A program made the translations under genes and the position numbers. The notes beneath the pieces are model-generated. The model was not told the DNA's origin and did not search any database. It saw nothing but the letters and a program-made list of their open reading frames with translations. 64,000 nt of DNA from Vitrella brassicaformis CCMP3155 (Eukaryota; Protista; Chromerida), in the NCBI GenBank assembly GCA_001179505.1, contig CDMY01000244.1, positions 62,001 to 126,000 on the forward strand. The letters run 5' to 3'. Shown one piece after another: positions 1 through 13,300 of this stretch (position 1 is the stretch's first letter; each line of letters begins with the position of its first letter).

Positions 1-1362
1 CTCGGATGGCAGCACGAACGTCATGTAGAGGGCACCTTTCCGCGTCCTCTCTATCATGATTGGTGTCGTCAGGTCCATCACCACGCCGCCATCAGTGTCG
101 GTCGTCGCTGTTGGTGGCTTGGGTGGTCTCTTGGCAGGGATTTGGGTGTCATTCATCATGCCCATGGCGCCAGAGTAAGACGTTCCGTTGGATGCTGCGG
201 TGGTGGACGCGCCGAGGGGGACGTTGTTGCCCAGATAGTAGGCCAGCAGCTTTCCCAGGGCCGTGCCGGTCGCGAGGAGGTCTGTCGTGATCTTGCCTGG
301 CGAGACCCGCCCCATCTTGACGCTTGCGATCGAGTATCCGCTGTAACGCCTCACCTCGTACTCATCAACCTGCAGACAGACAGACAGACAGACAGACACA
401 CCACACCACACCACACGCACACGCACACGCACACATGAATGAGCGAATGCATCGCGGCGGATACGCATTGCATTCATTCAGATAGTCGGTCCTTGTTTGT
501 TCTTTCATACCTTCCGTTCCAGTGAGTATCTGGGCGTTTCTATCCCCTGAGGCGTCCGCCTGAGTGCGTTCTTGCCCTCCCGCAGCAGAGGGGCAAGGGG
601 AAGGCCACGTCGAACAGCACGCAGCGACCGCCGCATCAACGGTGGCAACGACCGTGCCACTGACTGAGACGCGGTAGGGAGTCTCGCCACCACCTTGGTG
701 GTCAACTGGGGCATGTCGGAGGCCAACGTGGGCAGCAGGTCACGCAGCACCTGTCGCCGTAACGCCCCCAGATCCCGCCGCCGCGGCACGGCGCCCAACA
801 GAAGCGACACAATCTCACTGCGGATTTCAGGTGCTTGCTTCAACAGATCCTGTAAGGACGGACACGCGGTGTAGGGCGTGCCGTGCGTCAGTGGATGTGT
901 GGTTTGCCTTGCGTACATACCTGTGCTAGCACCGATCGCTGGCTCATGGTGGTTGCTGGCCGCAGGAGGTGGTCTATCTTTTCCTCCCACGACATCACTG
1001 ACATGACGACAAGGCAACACACATGGGTGCGGGCGGAGTGCAAACCACTGCCAGCGGGAGGTGCGCGTGTCACCCACCTGTGGCGTCGGGTGAAGCCAGG
1101 GGCGCTGCAGATTGCTGGTCCGGTGCAGAACGCAGACGAGTGAGCTGCGACATCCTGTCCGGCACATGCAGCAGGAAGGCTGACCCTCCGAAGCCTGCAA
1201 CACGCAAGTGCATGGAAGATGCACGGTTCCCCTTCCCCCTGCCGTCTGTCTGTAATCCTCACCAGGCCGATGTGCAGTCCTCGCTGCATGGGTGAGAGAG
1301 CGGGTGGAAAAGAAGCAAAGGACCAGACAGACAGAGATGGAGATTCGCATATGGGCTGCCAT
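1..1362 (-). CDS. SOUL haem-binding family protein, probably plastid-targeted; 3' end runs off the window
   Basis: Spliced exons ~1362-1263, ~1194-1075, ~1000-921, 849-511 and 369-1 join in phase. They give GIETPRYSLERK|VDEYEVRRYSGYSIASV...MDLTTPIMIE...YMTFVLPSE, matching the SOUL pattern (ETP.Y.V, YE.R.Y, MT.PV, M.F.LP). The N-terminus is hydrophobic (MAAHMRISISVCLVLCFF) and is followed by GFGGSAFLL. Confidence 0.8.
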
Positions 1363-1673
1363 ATCGACACTGATGCCGCTGACACGCGGGAGATGATGAT
1401 GGCGGGATCTTGCAAGCTCGCCTCGAAGCTGAGCTCGCGGATGCGATGACTCGTCCGCCGCAGTCTTTCTCCATCCAGATCTCTCATCTGCACCCATCTA
1501 TACGAGTTGCTTCACTGCAGCGGCTTTTCCTTCTGTCTGTCCTCGTTCTCGGTGTTCAGAGTGTGCCCAGCCGCCAGACCCACAGATCTCCGCATCGGCA
1601 TGAACCGCTGAGCCGTCGGGTAGACAGCCCTTCATCATCAGCCGCCCCGCTATCTCGTGCTTCTGTTGCATGG

Positions 1674-4600
1674 ATGCGTCCATCCATCCGCCGCTCTCTT
1701 CTGAGGTCTATTAGTACTGCTCCGTCTGATCAGAGGCTCATCATCAACAGAAGGCCGGCGGGGACAACGCGGGGATTTTCCTCATTCGTCGCTATGAGTG
1801 CAGCGGCTGCCACCGCGGCTGCCGAGCTTCCCTCGGCCAATGTGTTGTCGTCCGAGAAGAGTCCCTATCTGCTGCAGCACGCCCACAACCCCATCCACTG
1901 GTACCCCTGGGGCAGTGAGGCCTTCGCAAGGGCGCAGCGGGAGGACAAGCCGGTGTTCCTGAGTGTGGGGTACAGCACCTGCCACTGGTGCCACGTCATG
2001 GCGGAGGAGTCATTCGAGGATGCTGAAATCGCAAAGTTCCTCAATGAGAACTTCATCTCTATCAAGGTCAGGAACAGGCAGCTCTATCAGCTCGTGGGAG
2101 CGTCAACACCTAGTGCGATGTGTTTGGCTGGCAGGTTGATCGCGAGGAGCGTCCTGACGTCGACAACACGTACATGCAGTACATCATGGGCTTCACAGGG
2201 AGGGGAGGCTGGCCCATGAACGTCTTCTGCACACCACACGGTAGGTACAAACACTGGTAGATCGATCAGATAGATCAGCCGACCACTTGAGATGCATGGG
2301 ATGGCCATCGTCTGTCTAGTCATATCCGATGGATGCGATGCGATGCATGCTGCGATGCGCTAATGTAATCCAGGCAAGCCGTTCTTCGGCGGTTTGTATT
2401 GGCCTCCCGCGGACAAGACGGTGGAGTCGACAGGCCCCGACGGCGAGCTGCGCAGCACCGTCCGGATGGGTTTCCTGACCATACTCACCAAGATACTCGA
2501 CGTGTGGAACAACAACAGGGACAAGATTGAGGATGACTCCACCGCCATTGTGGATGCTCTACAGCAGGTGAGGTGCCTACACTAACTACATGAAATGCAT
2601 TGACGAGCGGAGAATGGATGAATGAGCTATGGATCTGATCGTCTGAGTGAGTGAGTGCTATGTCATTCATGTCTGTGCTGTGTGTGTCATGTACGTCAGG
2701 CTGAGATGCGGGGCAACTCGAAGACAGCCTTCGCGGAGACCCTGGAAGACATCGTCAAGTGAGTGCATTGATGGCCAGCCATCACACACCACACATCCGT
2801 GCCATCTCACTCATGTTGTCCCTTGTCTGTCTGCCGTGTGTGTGTGGCCTTGCCTTGCAGCATGTACAAGATCCACGTCTTGTCATCCGAGATAGAGGAG
2901 GCGTTCGACACCCAATGGGGGGGATTCGGCCCAGCGCCCAAATTCCCCAGACCAGTGCTGCTGCAGTACCTGTTGCGTGTGTACTTCCGGCTTTCGTCCA
3001 CCCCAGCAATGAGGGAAGACCCCGCCACTGCCGAGAAGGCGGCCAAGATGCTGCACATGGTGACCCACACGCTCACCAAGATGGCGCAGGGCGGCATGTA
3101 CGATCACCTGGGTGGCGGCTTCCACCGCTACTCGGTCGACCAGATCTGGCACGTCCCCCACTTCGAGAAGATGCAGTACGACCAGAGCCAGCTCGTCGCC
3201 ATCTACACCGACGCCTACAAGATCCTCAACAAGGAGGGGGCGAGCAGGAGCACCGAGGCAAAGCTGTACAAGGGCATTGTGCAGGAGACCATCGCCTATG
3301 TGCTGCGGGAGCTGCGGGACACCAAGGGTGGCTTCTACTGCGCACAGGACGCCGACAGTGTGGCGGCCAGCGGCGAGCACAAGGGAGAGAAGAAGGAGGG
3401 CGCCTTCTACGTGTGGACCAGACCACAGGTCGGGGGGAACGACCAACGGCGGGCGCTGCGGTCGGTCAGGACCTGACTGACGTGCGTGTTGGTCGACTGG
3501 GTGGAATGCAGGTTGTGGAGGTGCTTGAGGGTGCGTCTGTGGACGGCCTGAGTGCTGACGATCGCCGGGAGATGATCGACCTCTTCTGCCACGTCTTCGG
3601 CATCACCGACGAGGGCAACGTTAAGCCATTCAGCCAGGTGGGCAAGGCACTCACGAGAGAGCGACATGGATGGCACCACATCATTTCCCTCCCTGACGTG
3701 ACGTCCGTTGTGTTTAACAGAGCGACCCCATTGGCGAGTTCAAGGGGCAGAACGTGCTCTTCCAGAACGGCTCCTTCCCGTCCCTGGTGGAGAGCTTCTA
3801 CGAGCAGCGGGAGAGGGAGGCCGACATGGACCGTGCCAAGTCGCTCATCTCGACGGCTAAGTCGCTTCTCTTTGCGCACCGCAGGGGCCGCCCCGCCCCT
3901 GGATGTGACGACAAAGTGCTGACCGGATGGAACGGCCTCATGATATCGGCACTGGGTATTCCAGGAAACACCACACCGGCCGCGAGAACGAACGATGGAA
4001 TCAAAAGCGCACCTGTGTTGTGTGATGTGGTGTGTGTAGCTGGTGCGCATGGCGTGGTCGAGCCCCCTTCTGGCCAGCCGGCCGATCTCTATCTCACGCG
4101 AGCCATAGAGGCGGCCGACTTCATCCGCACACACATGATGGAGAGGACCACAGTGATGACGACAGTGGGGGGCAAGGAGAGGCCAGCCGAGGTGCTGCTG
4201 CTCTACCGAGCCTACCGGGAGGGCCGTGGTCGTGTGTTGGGTTTCTGCGACGACTATGCATTCTACGTCCAGGCCCTGCTGGACCTTTATGAGGCCTCAG
4301 GCGGCGACCTGCAGTGGCTCAGGCTCGCCAAAGAAGTCCTCGAGTCACAGGTGCGAATGGATGGATGGACACAGGACAGGGGACGGGTGAAGGGGGCGGA
4401 ACAGACCAGTGAGTGCAGTGCGGGATATGTGTGTGTGTGTGTGTGTGTGTGTGTTGAGGCAGGTTCTCCTGTTTTGGGATGAGGAGGGAGGTTTCTGGAG
4501 CGAGCCGCAGATGGCATCGTCCTCCCACGCCCCCACGACCACCACCCTCACCAACATCACCGACCCCTCCAGCCCCCTGGGCGTCTTCCTCAGGACCAAA

Positions 4601-5196
4601 TACGTCTACGACGGCGCGGAGCCGTCGCCCAACGGCGTGAGTGCAATGAATTTGCTGAGGATGGATGCACTGCTGCAGCGTCAGGACAAGCAGGGGGTGG
4701 AGCACGACAGCCCATACCTGAGGAAGGCCAGGCTGCTGCTGGGCACCCTGTTCGAGAAGATGCCTGGGGAGGGCATGCCGCAGATGTACGTGGCCGCCGA
4801 CTGGCTCACATGGAGAGATGAACTCGCCATCAAACAGGTCGGTCGCTGCAGCCAGCCATGCATCCATCCATCCATCTGATCTGCCCTGGGCAAGGCCAGC
4901 ACATCCCTCACCTCCACGTGTGTGTCTCGCCTCGCCCGCCTCAGATATTGTTCTTGGGTGACCAGTCGTCTGTTGAGGCGCTCCATCGGGCGTTCAAGTC
5001 GCGGTTTCTGCCCACGAGTGTGGTGCACTTCATGACGTCGGGCGAGCAGAGGGAGTTTTTTCGCGACGCGACGCCGCACCTGACAGATGAGGAGGGTGGT
5101 GGGGATGTGAAGCCCCAGATGGTCGTGTGTGAGGGCCGGACGTGCCAGCGGCCATGCATGACTGTCGACGATGTACATGCGCTGCTTGACAGATAG
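1674..5196 (+). CDS. SPATA20: SPATA20/YyaL family protein (thioredoxin-like DUF255 plus six-hairpin glycosidase-like fold), multi-exon
   Basis: Motifs [121 protein letters not shown] and CEGRTCQRP. The N-terminus is R/S-rich like a mitochondrial presequence. Stop TAG at 5194-5196. Confidence 0.92.
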
Positions 5197-6429
5197 ATAG
5201 GGATGGCTGGCTAAGGAGGGAGGGAGGGAGGGAGGGAGATTGATGGGATGGACACGACACCTACTTGATTTGACTTGGGACGCGTAAGTGAGTGAGTGAT
5301 CGAGATACCTTAAGCTGCTCGCACGATAGACAGCTTCATGTCGAGGCCAATCAAAGCTTTGACGTGTAGTCTTCTCATAGTATCCATGCCATGCTATGCA
5401 CTCATTCGTTCCTTACACAACACACCACACCACATCACATGTACAGGAAGGGAGAACAGTAGGTGTCCAGTGGCCAGTAAGCCAGTCATCCATCGGTCAT
5501 GTCATGCAGCCAAGGAGGGGTCAATCGGATGCATGGCATTGCAGGCAGCGGGCGCGGCAGGCATAAGCAAGCCACATTTGATATAATTCTGAGTCGTTCC
5601 GGAGCTCGAACGAAAACAAAAACAAGACAAACGTAAAGCGAATTCCAACGGTGGAGGGCCCGCGACTCGAGCCGACGTGACAGAGCGAGACATGCATGGA
5701 GTGCGGTGAAGCAAGAAAAATATGGAGCGAGGGAGGGGAGGAAGCTGTGTGGTATAAAACTGACCATCAAGCTAGAGACCCCTTCCAACAACAAACAGCA
5801 AGCCGTTGTGCGAGTGAGGGTGGCTCACTCAGGCCTTCACAACCGCTCGCTATCCGTTGAATCGCGTGTGTGCACCTTCATGGACATGGAATTGAAACAA
5901 ATAAGGTCTAGGTTTCCTTCGTCTCGTGGATGGGTGGGATGGATACACGGGAGCTTCAGCCAATTCAGCCAGCCAGTACAAAAGCGTCAACCAAAACACT
6001 ATGGTCCCTCCCTCCCTCGTATGTCATGTCATGTCTCCCGGAGCCTCGTGGTACATACTTCATACTTACGAAGCAGCAAGCACACACAGCGACTCCACTC
6101 ACGTGTGCTACATGTAGGAGCGTTCCCTTGTCACTACCAAAAACGAATGTCATGACCAAAAAGCGTCACAACAATCAATCAATCAATCGATCACCGCAGG
6201 AAATGACTGACGCACATAGGTACGGGTGGACACCGGACTGGCCGCTTCAAAAAGGTGCTGGTTCCATCCTCTCTCGTCAGCGAGCCGTGCGTGGTGGGCA
6301 GTGAATGCCATGCCATGCCATGCCATGCCATGCCATGCCGTGTATGCCCCCTTAAACTCAACACGGCACGCACAACACACACACGCACGCGCACACATGC
6401 ACAAGCAGATCTTCCCCCCCCCCCCGGCA

Positions 6430-6729
6430 NNNNNNNNNNNNNNNNNNNNNNNNNNNNNNNNNNNNNNNNNNNNNNNNNNNNNNNNNNNNNNNNNNNNNNN
6501 NNNNNNNNNNNNNNNNNNNNNNNNNNNNNNNNNNNNNNNNNNNNNNNNNNNNNNNNNNNNNNNNNNNNNNNNNNNNNNNNNNNNNNNNNNNNNNNNNNNN
6601 NNNNNNNNNNNNNNNNNNNNNNNNNNNNNNNNNNNNNNNNNNNNNNNNNNNNNNNNNNNNNNNNNNNNNNNNNNNNNNNNNNNNNNNNNNNNNNNNNNNN
6701 NNNNNNNNNNNNNNNNNNNNNNNNNNNNN
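6430..6729. other. Assembly gap (300 N)
   Basis: N run; both flanks read C12-GGCA. Confidence 0.99.
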
Positions 6730-7361
6730 CCCCCCCCCCCCGGCAATCCGATCCATGCACACATGTATACAATGCAGTGTAATGTACCGTACTGATTGAC
6801 GTGACGAGGCCAGTAAGGTAAGTAGCATAGCAAGGCACGTCACGTACGTACGTACCCGTACTTATCGATCTCCTCCTTCCCTCCAGCTTACTGGCCGCTG
6901 CGATACACACACATCTCACTCACAAGTCCAGAGCAGACAGAGCACATATGCAGGCCAGGCCTGCCACGGCACGGCACGGTAGGTAGGTAGGTACGTACAT
7001 CTGCGTATTTACGTACGTTTTAAGCAAGGAGAGATAGAGAGATACCACACCACATACAATACAATACACACACACACACACACGCCCACACACCATGCAA
7101 TCCACACCAATGCAGTCAGTACACAGCACCACAAGACGACAAAGATAGAGCAGGATTCGCATGAGACAGACTGCATCCATCCATCCATCAAGACCAATGG
7201 TATGGACGCAACCAATGCGACAACACATCACACAAAACTGTACAGCGCTCTCCACACACCCACATGCATCGCAAGGGCCCCAAAGATATACTTATTCATT
7301 CTGCCCTGCCTGTCTCGATCCTCTATACACATCGTCCCCTTCCAGGCAGCCCCTCTCTCAC

Positions 7362-10300
7362 TTATCGCCTGAAGCTTGGCGCACACCCGACGTTCATGCT
7401 TCGGCGCGCCTTGCTGCAGCTCTTGCCCTTGATGCTGGCCTTGGTCAGGGCGTCAAAACGCTGGTCCTCCTCGTCAAGGGCGAAGTCACCAATGGATGCG
7501 GGCACCGACTTGATGGCGCTCAGCCGGCTCCTGTTGGCGAGTACCATCCTCCACATGGCCTGGGACGACCGGCGGGAGAGGGGGGAGAGATTGAGCTTCC
7601 TGTACAGCCGCTTGACGCGGTCCACGGGATTCTTCAAGAGGTCACTCAGCGTCACGTCGGCGAACTGGGCCTTGAGGTGCGGGTTGCGCCTCCTGAAGTC
7701 AGCCGCGGCCTTGGCGTTGGTCGCCATCTGGTGAAGCTCCCTCTCGGCCACCTTGGATGCGTCGACACTCATCAGGCCACGGCGGAGGGACAGCACCTCC
7801 TGACACCGACCAGCAACCGTCTCGCTCCCATCCCTGACATCATACACGCAGGCAGAAAAACCAACCAACATGATAAGGATGACCATCAACATACATACGT
7901 TTCGTTCCTTCCTTGTGCGTTCCCCTACGTACCTGTGGGCGAAGATGACCTTAGCGTCAGGGTATGTCGCCAAGATATCGTCGAGGTGGCCCACATGGTC
8001 TGTCGAAGCCAGGAGCCACCTCTTGTGCTCGCATCCGTGCTGCCACTGCAGGTGCTGCAGGAAGGTCTTATGGAATGCGTAGCCCTCCTGCGCCTCGGAC
8101 CCACTGTTGTCTGACAGCCACGACTCGTACTCGGGGGCGTCGAATTGCGTCGCCAGGAAACTGTCTCGCAGCGAGTTTTGCAGTATCATTGAGTCGTCGA
8201 ACGCCATGTCGGCTTTGCGAGGGCCGAGGCGGTTGAGGTAGTCGTTGGAACCAAACATCAGGTCCATGGCCACCTGGGCTGGTGCAAGGCGACAATCCTG
8301 CACACACATACACCCAAAGACATGAAGGACAGCAAGAGGTAAGTAAGGGATAGGACTCGTCGGTTGAGCATCTTCTCTCTTCCCCTCACTCACCGCTTCG
8401 GATGATGCCTGCACGAACTCTCCATGCTCGCCGAAGGGGTGAAGCATCTCACTGAATGTCGGCGCCCTGTTGCCCTCATCGCAGGCCAGCAGCTGCTGCG
8501 TGAGAGTCACCGACACTCGGTCGAAGCCGACAATGAACAGGGGCTGCTTGATCTGCTGGCGCCGGATGGCGGGGTGGGTGTGGGCCCTGTCAGCCATGTG
8601 CAGGAGGTTGCAGAAGGTCTGGCGCACTCTCTGCGCTAGCAGGAACTTGCCCAGGAAGGTCATGTTATGGCTCTCCTTGAGTGCCGACTCCATCAGGACA
8701 CCAGCAGCCTCAAGCACATCCTCCTCGCCACTCAGCTGCCTTAGGCCCGTCTGTCGCCGAACCATGTCGAGCAGCGCCTTCGGCTCCAGGGTGAGGGCCT
8801 TGGCATCACTGGGCAGCAGCTCCTGGCTGATGAGGTAGCGGAAGGACGCTTCCATGAGCTCCTTGGCGCCAGGCCAGCTGACCTCGATGTCCTCTGACGC
8901 ATTGGATGTGCGGATGGGGACCTCTGTGCGCTCCGCTGCGACGTCGTCGTACCAGTACTTCTGCCAGTGCCGCATGACGGGCACGTGGTTGAAGATTGGC
9001 GACTCGGGGCCCCTCGCCTTGATGGCCGCCGTGAAGTCCTCGAAGCTCACGGGCTTGATGGGCAGGCCCCAGGCTGCAGTCCAAGCCACCAGCTGCGACC
9101 TGATGGAAGCAAACGAGACGACACGACACATGAGCAATGCGAAATCAATGCCCTTGTGTGTCTCGTTGTTTGCTTACTCGGTGAGAGCGGCTGGGTTGGC
9201 GAGGTGGTAGAACCAGTGCTTTCTGTTCTCCTTGAAGGAGAGGGCGACGATCAGCTCGGCGACCATGTCGATGGGGGTGTTGTTGGCCCAGCTGGCAGAC
9301 TGCGGGAAGACACCCTCCTGGATGTAGCTCATGATGAGGGCAGTGGCGATATTGGACATGCCCGTGAAGCCAGTCGAGATGGCCATGTTGGTGTTGGGCA
9401 GCCGGTAGATGGTCACTGGCAGCCCCTGGTCACGTGCCTCCCTAAGCACCTCCTCGCACACGTACTTGCTCCAGGGGTAGCCCATCTGCTGTGGCGGGAA
9501 AACCTTGGTCATGTCCTCGATGGACGGCGGGGCGCCCTCCACGAGCTCCTCATCGGCAAACTCCTTGGTGAAATTGGAATCTGTTCAAACACAACAGCAG
9601 ATAAAAAGAATTCACGAATGGATGGATGGATGGATGGAAGGTGTGGCGGCGTCACTGCGTGTCGTGTGTGTCTTCTGCCTCACTCACCGAATGCCGGGAA
9701 GATGCCCAGCGTGGAGACGAAGTGCAGGGGCTTGATGCGGTCACAGGTGCAGAGCTCGATCATGAAGAGGAGGGGGAGGGTGTTGGCCAGTCGCGCGCGG
9801 CTGTACGCCTGGTACAGGCTGATGTTGGCGCCAGTGTGGTACACCGCGTCGATGGTTTCGCAGAGAGTTGAGAACTTCTCCTGCCCCAGACCAAAGAGCT
9901 CCTTGCTCAAGTCGCCCAACAGCACCACAATCCGAGCAGCCCACTCCTCCTTCCAAATCTTGGCCTCCACGCAGGCCTCCCTGATGCGCTCCATCCCCTC
10001 CTTGTGGTTCTTGGCACGGACGATACAGTGGACGGTGAGTCTCTTGCCGTCCACATTCCTCTCGAGAAGCGAGGCAAGCTGGAAACGGCCCACAATGCCG
10101 GTCACCCCGGTCAGCAGCACGTTGCTGTACTCGTGAGGCTGCTTGGCCGGTGCCGCCCCAGAGAGATCGATGCTCAGGTTTGCCTTGAGCTCAGCAAGGT
10201 CATCAAGGGGATGGATGGCGGCGTCGCTGGCCGTGCGCTTGGCCGACGTAGAGCGGGTGGTGCTGATGAAGCTGATGTCAGGGACGACGTGTGCGGTGTC

Positions 10301-13300
10301 CATCTCCTGCGCCTGCTCGAGGATGAACTTGGACATGGTGCTGATGGTGGGGTTGTCGAAGAGCAGGGTGGGCGACAGGGTGATGCCCGTCATCTTCCTG
10401 ACCGAGTTGCGCAGCTCGATCACGGCGCGTGAGTCGAGGCCCATCTCCATGAGTGGCGTGTCCAGGGCGAGTGTGGTGCTGGAGATGTCCTGCACGACCT
10501 CCATGACCAGGTGCGACATGTCGTCCTGGCTGATCATCTTGAGGTCGATGCTGCTCTTGTCGGAGATGAAGGTCGTCACGTGGCTGTCCGGGGTCACCTC
10601 GCCGTCTGGCTGAGGTGAGTCATCAGCTCCGCGCACCCGATGGCTGTTGTCGCCTTTGGCGGCGGTGCCACTAGGCTTCTTGGGTGAGTCATCCTCCAAA
10701 CCGGCTCCCTTCCAGGTGAAGGCCTGGTGGTTCCACGTCACGGGATTGTCCATCCAGTCCTCCCCTTCCTCCAGCCAAGGCCGGGACACCTTGCCCACTC
10801 TCGCCTCAACCGTCACGTAGGCGTTGGAGCCACCGAAGCCGTAAGCGCCTGTGCCGCCGATGAGGGTGCCCGTCTCGCGGGTCGCTTCGGTCGGCACGAG
10901 CTTGACACCTCCGCCCTCCTCGACCGGCATGATGAAGGGGAAGTCTCCCGCCGAGTCGATCTGGGGCGACAGCTGCTTGAGATGCAGATTGGGAGGCGCC
11001 ATGCCGTGGCGCAGCGTCAAGATGAGCTTGATCAAGTTGGCAATGCCCGTGGCGCCTTCCGTGTGCCCAATGTTGGTCTTGAGGGCCCCCAAGACAAGAG
11101 GCGACGAGGCAGGCCGCTTGCCGAACACACTCTTGAGGGCGCCCATCTCGATGGCGTCGCCCATGATCGTCCCAGTGCCATGCACCTCGGCGTAGCTGAA
11201 AGCGCTCGGCGACAGGTTGGCTTGGTTGAGGGTGTCGCGGATGAGGAGCTGCTGTGCGGGGCCGGAGGGGGCGGTGAGGGAGGCCGAGACGGCGTTGTGG
11301 CTGGTGGCGCTACCGCGGATGATCGCGAAGGGCTCGGCTGCCTTGGGGCGGTCGAGGCGCTGCAGGTAGGCAGCCCCGACACCCTCACCACGGGTGTAGC
11401 CATTGGCGGCGGAGTCGAAGGTCTTCACCTGCCCATCCGCAGACAGAAGCTGAGCCCTGCACACACACACGCAAACACACAGGCGGACGGACAATGAGTG
11501 GATCATTCGTCCGTCTCGTGCAGCCGCCCTGCCCTTTTCTTCTGCCTCACCCTGACAAGGCGATGTAGCTGTGGGGCGTCAACAGCAGGTTCGTCCCGGC
11601 ACAGAGCACTCCATCTTTGCAGGCACCCGCCAGCAGACTCTTGCAGCCCGCGTCGAGGGCCACCAGTGAGGAAGAGCAGGCAGTGTCCAGAGCGAAGGAG
11701 GTGCCCTTGAGCCCGAAGATGTAGCTGAGGCGATTCGCCAGGATCGACTGCGCGCTGCCGGTTGCTGCCAGGGAGCCGCCTTCCTGCTCATGAGACTTCA
11801 TGAGGGCCCAGTCTTGCGCCATGCATCCGACGAACACGCCAATGTTCTTGCCCGACACGGCGGAGAGCTGCTTGTTCTTGGAGAAGAGCCCGCCGCTGTG
11901 GAAGGCCTCGTAGGTCACCTCCAGCAAGTGCCTCTGGTGGGGGTCCATGCCAGCCGCCTCCCGCTGACTGATGCGGAAGAACTGGTTGTCGAAGTTGGCG
12001 ACATTGTCGATGAATGTGCCGGCCAGCGTGTAGTACTTGTTGGGGTCCTCGCCCTTAGGATCATAATACAGAGTCGTGTTCCATCGGTCCTTGGGGATGG
12101 TGGTCACGGCGTCCGTTCCCTCACATAGCAGCTTCCAGAAGCTGCCCAGCGAGTTGATGCCGCCAGGATAGCGGCACCCGATACCCATGACGGCGATGGC
12201 GCTCTCGCCGGTCTCGACGTGGACGACGTCGTCATGGGGGTGGTGGGTGGCTGAGGGGTCGACGTCAGAGCCCGACCGCTTGGCCAGCAGGGCGATCTTC
12301 TCGCCAGCGATGTAGTTGATGAGTGCGTTCATGGTGGGGTAGTCGAACAGCATGGCGATCGACAGCCTGACGCGCAGCTTGCGGGAGACGGCATCCCTGA
12401 ACTCCACCAGGCCCAACGAGTCGATGCCGAGGTCGACGAAGGGCACGTCCAACTGGACGGTGCCTTCCTTGGCCTGGTCCTGCATGATCTCGGTGGCCGT
12501 GTCCGTGATGGTCTGGGTGACGTGCTTAGTGATGGCCTCTGCGTCCATGCTCTTCTCCTCCTTGGTCAGGTGGCACACCTCGTCACCGTCACCCGAGCCC
12601 TCGCTACTCTCCGCGTTAATCTCCTGCCGCATCTGCTCGAAGAAGCGCTGGCTGTCGGGGGGGCGGAGGGAGAGGAAGCTGGACCAGTCGACGCCGATGC
12701 ACCCGACAGTGCCCGTCGTCTCCCTGGCGGCCATGATGTCCCCGAGCAGCTGCAGCCCCACCGCGTTTGTCAGGCCCTTGATTCCCACCTTGGCCAGTTG
12801 CTCCACCACCTGGGGCGACGCCATCCCGCCCTCTGTCCATGGGCCCCACTGGATGCTTTGGGCGGCGAGGCCGCGCGACCGACGGTGGTTGGCGAGGCCG
12901 TCGAGGCAGGCATTGGCGGCCGAGTAGTTGGACTGCTCCATGTTGCCGAAGAGGGACGCAACCGACGAGAACATGACAAAGTGATCCAGAGACGACCCAA
13001 GCAGCGAATGGAAGTTCCACGCACCTTGCACCTGAGGGAGGGACCACAAACAAGATATAAGGACACACACACACACAGACGGAGAAAATGAGTGAGCGGA
13101 CGAATGAGCCTCGGTCGTGGTCACATAGGATACCTTGGCATGGAAGACCTTGTCGATGGTCTCTCGGCTCTGCTTGGCGAGCGGGGCATCGTGCAGCACA
13201 CCCGCAGCGTGGAAGAAGCCCTTGATGGTGACATCCGACAGGGCGTCGACGACCCCCTCGCACTCCTTGAGGGACAACACGTCGCACGCCATGCAGTCGA

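Noticed and set aside
6183-6919. ORFs spanning the first N run (and similar ones across 16845-17144)
   Set aside because: They are artefacts of translating through N.
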